Source: an uncultured Rivularia sp.
Lineage (GTDB): Bacteria; Cyanobacteriota; Cyanobacteriia; Cyanobacteriales; Nostocaceae
Assembly (NCBI GenBank): GCA_963665115.1
Contig: OY762007.1
Span: forward strand, 7,040,001-7,104,000
DNA: 64,000 nt
Direction of reading: 5' to 3'
The notes under the pieces were generated by a model. The model made no database searches and was not told where the DNA came from. It saw only the letters and a program-made list of their open reading frames with translations. This document shows positions 56,087 through 64,000 of the stretch, piece by piece (positions within the stretch are counted from its first letter, which is position 1; each line of letters begins with the position of its first letter). The translations under genes and the position numbers were made by a program.

Positions 56087-56644
56087 TTACATTCCCTTAC
56101 AAAGGACTTGTCGCATTTTACGCATATTTGCGGGCAATTCAAAATTCATTGCTTGTTGAATAAACATTGAGGGAATGGGAATTATGGGAGTAGCCTGTAC
56201 TGAATAAGTTAACAAAGTACCGCTACCGTAGTCTTGTAAATCTATATCCGCACTGAAATCATGGAAGGTGCCCTTCTCCAACTTAAATTGAACTTTGTGT
56301 CCAAAATCTTCTACTACATTTAGATAAATATCTACTTGCGCTGTAAAAAACATAAAAGCTTTTTGTGCTGCCTGATACAGACGTTTTACTTCACCTTTGT
56401 GTATAATCTCACTCTTAGTTATATCGGGAAAGTACTGCACCCAGCGCGGATAATCTGTTATTTGTTGCCAGACTTGCGATCGCACTAATGGTAAATACAT
56501 TTTTGCACTAACACACCCACCCCAAGCATTGTGGGAGCGTGTTTCTACGAAAATTTCACCTTTTAAAAACGCCGCTTGCTTGTCCTGACTCCAAGCCATA
56601 TCCGAACCTGTATTGATTAAGTCTGAGAAGATAGACGCAGACAT
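56087..56644 (-). CDS. SRPBCC/polyketide cyclase-like protein
   Basis: VWQQITDYPRWVQYFP START-fold signature. Confidence 0.8.
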   Translation of the reverse strand: MSASIFSDLINTGSDMAWSQDKQAAFLKGEIFVETRSHNAWGGCVSAKMYLPLVRSQVWQQITDYPRWVQYFPDITKSEIIHKGEVKRLYQAAQKAFMFFTAQVDIYLNVVEDFGHKVQFKLEKGTFHDFSADIDLQDYGSGTLLTYSVQATPIIPIPSMFIQQAMNFELPANMRKMRQVLCKGM

Positions 56645-56964
56645 AATGTTTCGCTCGCTCCTGAATTTTCCACACTACACTTTAAAAACCGTCGCAGAAT
56701 TTATAATTCCGCTTAAGTCCTATTTAATAATTCTAATTCCGCTCAAATACAAAAGCATTCCGGAACTAGTTGTGACTTTAATCTATTATTCCCAAAATTT
56801 ACCCAAAAATATGTCACTATTATCACTAATATTTTGAATCATTAATGTTACAGCACAATGGAGAGGAGTTAGGAGTTGAAAATAATTTGACCTTTAACAT
56901 GCAGACCTTTGACTTTCAAACCGTTAGAATGTCACAAATACTATTGATTTAAGAGGGATACGAA

Positions 56965-57162
56965 GTGAGTCAATCTTCTAAGCTGAATCAAAGATTAACC
57001 CAGGGCTTTGGGATGTTTCTCGGTATTGCTATAGCTGTATGGGTTCTCAGAGGATTGGGTATTCTTACTTTTGTTCCTGGAGGTGTTATTTTAATCTTAT
57101 TTTTAGCCGCTATAGCTTTTGGAATTCTTAGCTATGTTCAAAAAACTTGGTTGCGTTTTTAG
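56965..57162 (+). CDS. Small two-TM membrane protein
   Basis: WVLRGLGILTFVPGG; GAGGG RBS before GTG. Confidence 0.7.
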   Translation: MSQSSKLNQRLTQGFGMFLGIAIAVWVLRGLGILTFVPGGVILILFLAAIAFGILSYVQKTWLRF

Positions 57163-57509
57163 ATGAATGTTTTAAATACGCCTCTATTGAAGATGTAAGC
57201 CTATAGCCGAGGAGTTTAAAGGTTAAAGGTCTTTAATTTACTGGCAAAAAATGGAACTGATAAGTTTTAATCAAATCCTCAAATATTTGTCAGGTAAGGG
57301 TTTTATAATGTGTTAGCTAGAAGGTTTTCTTTGCTATAGGAAACAGGGAACGGGCTACAGCGAATAGAAAAAAGTGGGGAAAATCGATATATTTAAGATG
57401 ATTGCCATACCACAATCAGTTTGATTTTCGTTGGGGTAGTGTAATCTGGTAAGATGGGATGCTTTCAAATCGTTCTATACAAGAAGTCTATCAATAACTA
57501 GTTCGGAAT

Positions 57510-58776
57510 TTGCAACCATTAAGAATTGTAATTGTTGGCGGTGGGGCTGCGGGTTTCTTCGCTGCTTGCTCGGCTGCTAAAACTAACCAGAATGCCTCTG
57601 TTATCTTACTTGAAGCGAGCCGTCAGCTACTGGCAAAAGTTCGTATTTCTGGTGGGGGACGCTGTAATGTCACTCATGCACTTTTTGACACAAAGAGTTT
57701 TATCCAAAATTATCCCAGGGGTTCAAAAGCTTTACTGGGTGCTTTTTCTCGTTTTCAAGCTCAAGATACTGTCAAATGGTTTGCTCACGCTGGAGTACAG
57801 CTAAAAACTGAAGCTGATGGGCGGATGTTTCCCGTTACAGATAATTCGGAAACTATTGTGGATTGTTTGATCAAAACCGCTTTAGCTTACAACGTAGAAA
57901 TTCGCACGGGTTCACCTGTAGTTTCTGTGAATTATCGAGAATTAGAAGAGAATTCACAAGACGAAGAAGATAAATCTAGATTCGAGATTTTACTTAAATC
58001 CGGGGAAATGTTGCGATGCGATAAACTATTGCTGACAACTGGTAGCAACCCCGTAGGTTATAGAATCGCCAAAAAATTCGGTCATCAAATTGAACCAACC
58101 GTTCCTTCTTTATTTACCTTCAATATTTTAGATAAGGAATTGCGGGAATTAGCTGGTGTAAGCGTTAACCCCGTACAAATACGTTTATCAGTACCGGGAA
58201 AACCCCAGTTAGAACAAACTGGGCCGTTACTAATTACTCATTGGGGTTTAAGTGGCCCCTGCCGTACTAAAACTTTCGGCTTGGGGTGCGAGAACATTTC
58301 ACGAATCCCGCTACAAAGGAACCGTTACTATTAATTGGCTGCCAGATTCCAACCAAGATCAACTGCGAAAAGAATTAATTGTGGTGAGACAGGAGTTTGG
58401 GAAAAGAGCGATCGCACTACATCGAGGCATAAAATTACCACATCGGTTGTGGCAATATCTGATATCCCGCGCTGGTATTGATAAAGATACTCGCTGGGCA
58501 GAATTAACCAAACAAGCTTTTAATAAATTAGTTCAAGAACTAAATCAAGGACAATACAGTATTAGCGGCAAAGGAGTTTTCAAAGACGAATTTGTCACCT
58601 GCGGCGGAATAAAGCTCAAAGAAGTTAATTTCAAAACAATGGAAAGCCGTTTAGTAAAAGGGCTGTATTTTGCTGGAGAAATTCTCGATATCGACGGAGT
58701 TACCGGCGGCTTTAATTTCCAAAGTGCCTGGACAACCGCTTATTTGGCAGGTTTGGCAATGGGTGGGGAGGAGTGA
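57510..58776 (+). CDS. HI0933/BaiN family flavoprotein (one extra C at 58256-58259, probably a sequencing error)
   Basis: GGGAAG, SGGGRCNVT, THWGLSGP|AVL, GGFNFQ. Confidence 0.93.
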
Positions 58777-58878
58777 GAGAAGGGAGAGGGGGTAGAGGGG
58801 GTAGAAAATTCCGAACTTTTAATCCAAACTCAAAACTCCAAACTCCGAATTCCTCACTCTTAACTCCTCACTCCTAAC

Positions 58879-58903
58879 AGACGTAGCACTGCTACGTCTC
58901 TAC
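58879..58903 (-). repeat. REP-like palindrome, family A, copy 5, embedded in TAACTCC heptamers
   Basis: AGACGTAGCACTGCTACGTCTCTAC. Confidence 0.9.
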
Positions 58904-58935
58904 ACTACTAACTCCTAACTCCTAACTCCTAACTC

Positions 58936-59817
58936 TTAATAGGGTGGATATCCAAAATCATCTTCGTCTGGATAAACGTAAGAATTAGAGACTCCGGCTA
59001 CTGCCATTGGGCGCGGCGTTTCTGTTTTGACTGGTTCCTTGGCAAAGTCTTTGTATTCTTCAAAAGTCTTGGAAATCAATCCAGATTCCTTTGAGTCCGA
59101 AGCAATCAAGTAGTTAGTTAATGTGGAAACTGTAGGGTGTTTATAGTCTACGGTTGCAGCAATTAAAACGGTATTTGTGGCAATTCCTCTTTCTTCGCAT
59201 TCAATTATCGGCGAGAAAACGCCGTGAGCGTGAAATAAAGGTCCTTTTGGAGTTGCGGCTTGTCTGCGATACCCTGCATATGCTCTTTCCAATTCGGCAA
59301 CAAATCCCCCAGCTGCCCTTCCTTGCTGATATTCGCAGTAAGATTTACTAAAACTTGCTCCAGCCGCACCATTTAAAGTTAGTTGTAATGGTAATTCATG
59401 TAAAAAATTCTTATCTTCCCCTGCTAAAAATATTAGATAGCGAGTAAAAGTTTTAAATTTAAGTTTGTCTGCTAAAAAAGCATCATAATTCTCTTTGAGA
59501 GTTCCCAACTTTGCACCTGTTTCTCGGTCTTTTACCGACAAAGGACCGCGACGTACTATAACTATATTTGGGGTTGTGCTGATAAAAACCGTTTCAACTC
59601 CCGAACTGAATTGATGTTCTACCTGCTGCCAATTTTCATCGGGTACAAAGCCAACAGCACGGGCATTTTCTAGCTTAATAGCTAAACCGTATGAGCTTAT
59701 CCCTTCACCGTCATTAATGTTATATCTCGGATTGATCATTTGACACCAAGGGACAACAAGAGAAGGTGGTGCATTGAACTTCTCGTCCTCAAAGTCGAAT
59801 TTTGCAGATGCTTTCAT
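58936..59817 (-). CDS. DUF5895-like protein
   Basis: FDFEDEKF..P...PWCQMINP N-terminus; acidic/aromatic C-tail; family assigned from memory. Confidence 0.65.
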   Translation of the reverse strand: MKASAKFDFEDEKFNAPPSLVVPWCQMINPRYNINDGEGISSYGLAIKLENARAVGFVPDENWQQVEHQFSSGVETVFISTTPNIVIVRRGPLSVKDRETGAKLGTLKENYDAFLADKLKFKTFTRYLIFLAGEDKNFLHELPLQLTLNGAAGASFSKSYCEYQQGRAAGGFVAELERAYAGYRRQAATPKGPLFHAHGVFSPIIECEERGIATNTVLIAATVDYKHPTVSTLTNYLIASDSKESGLISKTFEEYKDFAKEPVKTETPRPMAVAGVSNSYVYPDEDDFGYPPY

Positions 59818-60506
59818 CAGTATATGCGCGGTTGTCGATTGGTACTTTTAAACTTGACTCGGTTGGGTCTAAATTGAGTGCGAGGAGTGGAGTTAAATTT
59901 TAGGCAAAAGAGAGGTAAACTAATGTCGCTATTCACCGCAACCGAGAATCAATTAAATTGATTTAATAAAGTCAATGATTATTTATTTATCACTTTGATG
60001 GGGCATTACGCATCTACCTGAAGCAGTTTTTAACAAGAACTTCATGTTCAGTGTAGTCTTTGTATCACATTTTAATGCTTCATAATTTTGGATTAACTAT
60101 CTATTGAAGTATAATCAATACTAAGTAATAAGTTTACTTCTTGACTGCGTTCATCTCAGGCTGGGAATTAAATCCCTAGTATCAAAGCATAAATCCATTG
60201 AAATGGATTAGGAATTAATTGTTTGTATAGCGTAATATTATTAACCATTTATTCTTGAGGCTACGTATTTATATGCAATATGTTGCTTTAGTGAAATTTA
60301 AGCTAAAACATATAAACCTTCTTCAGCGTCAGAATCTGGTAACAAATCGTAAACTATCTAATCCCGCGCTCAAGTTTGCTCAAAGTATATAAACATTGAA
60401 CTACAGCTACTTGACGATTTATTCATGTTTACTTACAAAAAAATCCAGCGCATACCAAATACAGTGGAAATTTTAGAAAAAAATAAGCTAGTAGTATTTA
60501 CTCTGC

Positions 60507-60617
60507 TCAATCCTCAGTTTGATTACTTTGTAATTGCTGTACTTCTTCAACTGTGAAACCAGTGGTTTTTGCAATTAATTCAATTGAAAGTCCTTCTTTA
60601 AGAAGATTAATAGCAAT
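60507..60617 (-). pseudogene. C-terminal fragment of an Rpn/YhgA-like (PD-(D/E)XK transposase family) protein
   Basis: IAINLLKEGLSIELIAKTTGFTVEEVQQL; no start codon and no nuclease domain. Confidence 0.75.
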
Positions 60618-61357
60618 TAATTTGAAAAATAAGCAATACGAAGACTCTGTATTAAAAGAAAAAGTGATGCAACTGTTATCAAAATTCCCCAAAACCAATG
60701 CGGTAAAATTAAAATTTTAGCAATTTGAGCAGTATCAGAATTACCACCGCAATAACGAAAAACATAATTAAAATCGCGGAAAGTACTTATACAAGCCTGC
60801 ACCCCAAGAAACTGAATTATAAAAACTTGTACTTGTGAAGATGCTTCTAATCCAATTCCCAAAATGATTAAACCAAGTAGAGAAATTACTAAAATTCCAA
60901 TTCCAGTTCGCACCCAAATTAGAACTGAAACTAACATAAAACTGCCCAAAATTATTAAAATTTGCTGGGATATTTGTACATTGAGGGAAGCCAAAATAAA
61001 ACCAGCACCAACAATAGGAGGTCCCATCGGACCAGCAGCAGAAACAAGTACCTTACCAATTGGTCCTAAAAATAATGAGCCGCGATATTCATACCTCGCT
61101 AATCCACTACCATTAGCAAAAATCTCTAATTTCTTGAAATTTCCTCCTAAAACAACAGCCATTAAACCATGTGCCATCTCGTGGTACCAGGTTGACAGTA
61201 AAGTTAAGGGATAGAGAATTATTTTTCCTCCTGGAATTTGCCATAGTATTCCAGTTCCAAAAGCAATTATGATTAAAAATATTAACCCCGTGTGGTCATT
61301 TGATATTAAATTTTCGCTTTGATTGGAGTTCGTAAAAATATTCCACAATTGATTCAT
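60617..61357 (-). CDS. M50B-like membrane metallopeptidase
   Basis: HEMAH, AAGP, SD motif; multiple TM helices. Confidence 0.88.
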   Translation of the reverse strand: MNQLWNIFTNSNQSENLISNDHTGLIFLIIIAFGTGILWQIPGGKIILYPLTLLSTWYHEMAHGLMAVVLGGNFKKLEIFANGSGLARYEYRGSLFLGPIGKVLVSAAGPMGPPIVGAGFILASLNVQISQQILIILGSFMLVSVLIWVRTGIGILVISLLGLIILGIGLEASSQVQVFIIQFLGVQACISTFRDFNYVFRYCGGNSDTAQIAKILILPHWFWGILITVASLFLLIQSLRIAYFSN

Positions 61358-61518
61358 AAGTAACTTTTTAAATTGAATGATACAACTAACTTACGTATTT
61401 TTCTTTATTAATTTATAATATTGCTTGGTTAAAATTTGAAGTTAGGAGCATTACATTGTATTAAGAAAACAATGTGTTGGGTATGTAAGTACAATTTTCA
61501 ATGATTTTTTCTCTCCAT

Positions 61519-62103
61519 ATGAATTATCTAGCTCATTTATTCTTATCAGATGGTACACCAGAATCTTTGATAGGAAGTCTTTTAGGAGATTTTGTCAAAG
61601 GTTCTATAGAAAATATTTATTCAAAGCAAATAATCAAAGGAATTTATTTACATCGAAAAATAGATTGTTTTACCGATTCTCATTCAATCTTCCGGTCGAG
61701 TAAAAGGCTGATTAGTCTTAATAGACGTAGATTTTCCGGAATTATGATTGATGTATTTTACGACCATTTTTTAGCTAAGAATTGGTCAGAATATTCAAAT
61801 ATTGGATTAAACGATTTTACAAATCGCGTTTATCAAGTATTGCAGGAAAATAAAAATATACTTCCAGAAAGATTAAAAAGCATTCTTCCAGATATGATTG
61901 CTTCTGATTGGCTGGCATCATATAGAGAAATATCTACAATTAATAGAGCTATAAATGGACTTTCTCGCAGAATCAAAAGAAAAAATAATTTGTTTGGTGG
62001 AGTGGAAGAATTATTTTTAAATTATCAGCAACTTCAAATTGATTTTTCTGCATTTTTCCCAGAATTAATTGATTACACGTTGACAGTTAACAGTGAGCAG
62101 TGA
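61519..62103 (+). CDS. acpH: Acyl carrier protein phosphodiesterase (DUF479)
   Basis: MNYLAHLFLS, GDFVKG, LHRKID.FTD.H, DVFYDHFLA. Confidence 0.92.
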   Translation: MNYLAHLFLSDGTPESLIGSLLGDFVKGSIENIYSKQIIKGIYLHRKIDCFTDSHSIFRSSKRLISLNRRRFSGIMIDVFYDHFLAKNWSEYSNIGLNDFTNRVYQVLQENKNILPERLKSILPDMIASDWLASYREISTINRAINGLSRRIKRKNNLFGGVEELFLNYQQLQIDFSAFFPELIDYTLTVNSEQ

Positions 62104-62233
62104 GCAGTTAAACAATATTAAATGGTGTTGGGAAAAACCGGGTTTCTTAATTCTAAGTACGGGATTTAAGCTTACTGTAGACTTTAAATTCCACTGTCAT
62201 AATAAAGTAAACTATTATCGGCTCAAATCAATC

Positions 62234-62872
62234 ATGAGTATACAAACAAAAATACCGACTGACACTTGGTTAGCAGTGCCTTGGGATGAATATATCCAAA
62301 TAATCGAAAACCCAGCTTATGAAAAAGCTAAGGGTTACTACTACAACGGTAGAATGAGGATTGAAATGTCGGCATTAGGAAATGACCATTCATTAGATCA
62401 TGCGCTAGTTATCTTAGCTGCTAGCAACTACGCAGCTATCAAAGGTATTCCGATGAATGGAAGAGATAACTGTACCTATCGTAAAACTGGCTGTAAAGAT
62501 TCGCAACCCGATGTTTCTTATTATATTGGTGATAATGCTGATGCAATTCCCTATGGAACTTCTGTAATCAATCTTGACGACTTTCCAGCACCGAATTTAG
62601 TCATTGAGGTTGCGAATACTTCTCTTGCTGATGATAAAGGTGAAAAACGTTTACTTTATGAAGAGTTAGGAGTTAATGAATACTGGATTGTAGATGTCAA
62701 AAACGTTCAAATTCTAGCTTTTTTAATAGAAAATCAAGGTAGTAGAAGAATCACTCAATCTCAAGTATTGGCAGGTTTAAATATTTCAATTATTGAAGAG
62801 GCTTTTCGTCGCTCTCGTCAAATGAATCATAGTCAAGTGATTTCTTGGTTATTCTCAGAATTTCAGGAATAA
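62234..62872 (+). CDS. Uma2 family endonuclease (DUF820)
   Basis: QPDVSYY, PNLVIEVA, KRLLYEELGVNEYWIVD. Confidence 0.92.
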   Translation: MSIQTKIPTDTWLAVPWDEYIQIIENPAYEKAKGYYYNGRMRIEMSALGNDHSLDHALVILAASNYAAIKGIPMNGRDNCTYRKTGCKDSQPDVSYYIGDNADAIPYGTSVINLDDFPAPNLVIEVANTSLADDKGEKRLLYEELGVNEYWIVDVKNVQILAFLIENQGSRRITQSQVLAGLNISIIEEAFRRSRQMNHSQVISWLFSEFQE

Positions 62873-62957
62873 TATTATTTTATTTAGATAGTTGATAGTT
62901 GATAGTTGGCAATTCTAACTACTAACAACCAACTACTAACTACGAACTACTAACTAT

Positions 62958-63645
62958 TTACAATCGCTGAAGTAAGCTTAAACCGTGGGTATCCGTACCG
63001 CAAGTACTTAATAGTCCGTATTGCTTTGCTAATTGTTGGATTTGTTGCGATCGCGTTGGACTTGGTTTCCAGGGTTTGGGATTATTGTAAGCGTAGAAGC
63101 TTTCCACGCCATCGATTCCTAATTCAGCAGCAGCAGGAATTAAGTCAAAATGACTTTTTCTATAACGTGCTGGATGAGCAAGAACTGCAAATCCTCCAGC
63201 TTCTTGAATCGCAGCAATTACGTTTACAGCTTCATACTCGGAAACCTGTAACTGGTTTCCCCTGGATATAGGGTTGTATACTCGGATGTTTTAAGTCAAA
63301 AGCATAACCTAAGATGTGAACTTCTATGTTCAAAAGATTGGCATTGATTTCAACACCACTCCATAAATAAGGCACATCAGCATCGGGATTACTGCATTTC
63401 CACTCTTCCAACCATTTTTTAGCAGCTTGATAGCCACCTGTATTATGATGGTCGGTAATTGCAAGTCCTTTTAAACCATTGTCAATTGCTTGCTCTATCA
63501 ATTCTGAAGGCTGCATTTTGCCATCAGAATATACAGTATGCATATGGAAATTATAATTATTCGGGCAACTTCGCGCGTCTAAGTTTTGGAATACTTCTTT
63601 TAAAAGCGTCTTAGAGGCACAAGCAAGGGTAAAATTTACAACCAT
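62958..63645 (-). CDS. PHP-domain phosphoesterase (one extra base at 63242-63244, probably a sequencing error)
   Basis: HMHTVYSDG, ITDH, GVEI, HILGY; second frame translated by hand gives VLAHPARY, DGVE, GTDTHG, LQRL*. Confidence 0.9.
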
Positions 63646-64000
63646 AACCTTTTCTTGTGTAAAATTATTTATTCTTAACACTCCACGAAGCAATACCCGT
63701 AGTCCGGATAACATTAATGCTTCGGTTTTGTTTTGACATTAACTTTGTGCGTGTCTTTAGCAAACTTTTTCAATATGTTAAGACTAACTTAGCAAATTTT
63801 AACGTTTATGGTCATGAGTATTTTCTATACATTCTCAGTAGAAAAACAATAAATAACTCATAACAATAGGTAATTGTCACCTACAGTATTTATTATGCAA
63901 TAAGTCAAAATACAGTTCATAAAAGCGATAAAGAGTTTTTTATATTACAATCAACTGAAAGCACATAATCGGGAAGGTATAATTTGTTATATCTAATTCG

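Overview
AT-rich chromosomal window from a cyanobacterium, probably a heterocyst-forming Nostocales strain. The evidence is frequent HIP1 (GCGATCGC) octamers, heptamer STRR repeats and chlL/chlN; the taxon is inferred. Bases 1-16.9 kb hold the S10-spc-alpha ribosomal supercluster (rplW to rpmE, with secY, adk, infA, rpoA, truA) and prfA. Housekeeping genes follow: ABC-F, gpmI, secG, dgdA, recO, deoC, tRNA-fMet, rsfS, yqeK, two EPS glycosyltransferases, queE, chlN/chlL, clpB, a Ser/Thr kinase and acpH. There is no CRISPR array, integrase or intact transposase. Six genes, including essential rpsS and rpoA, carry single extra bases, five of them in homopolymers; these are most likely sequencing errors. 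The best candidates for new biology are: (i) a divergent module of an unknown gene and two tandem XRE repressors with candidate operators, directly after prfA; (ii) several families of GTAG-type REP-like palindromes with compensatory stem changes, which bracket a 15 x 20-bp tandem array and an orphan Cys-rich gene, plus a palindromic repeat inserted in a peptidase ORF; (iii) a MutY/MIG-like glycosylase with a stop codon at its catalytic Glu; (iv) an orphan Rpn C-terminal fragment; (v) a stand-alone DUF5895-like protein with an SSB-like tail. Family assignments come from recognising motifs, not from database searches.
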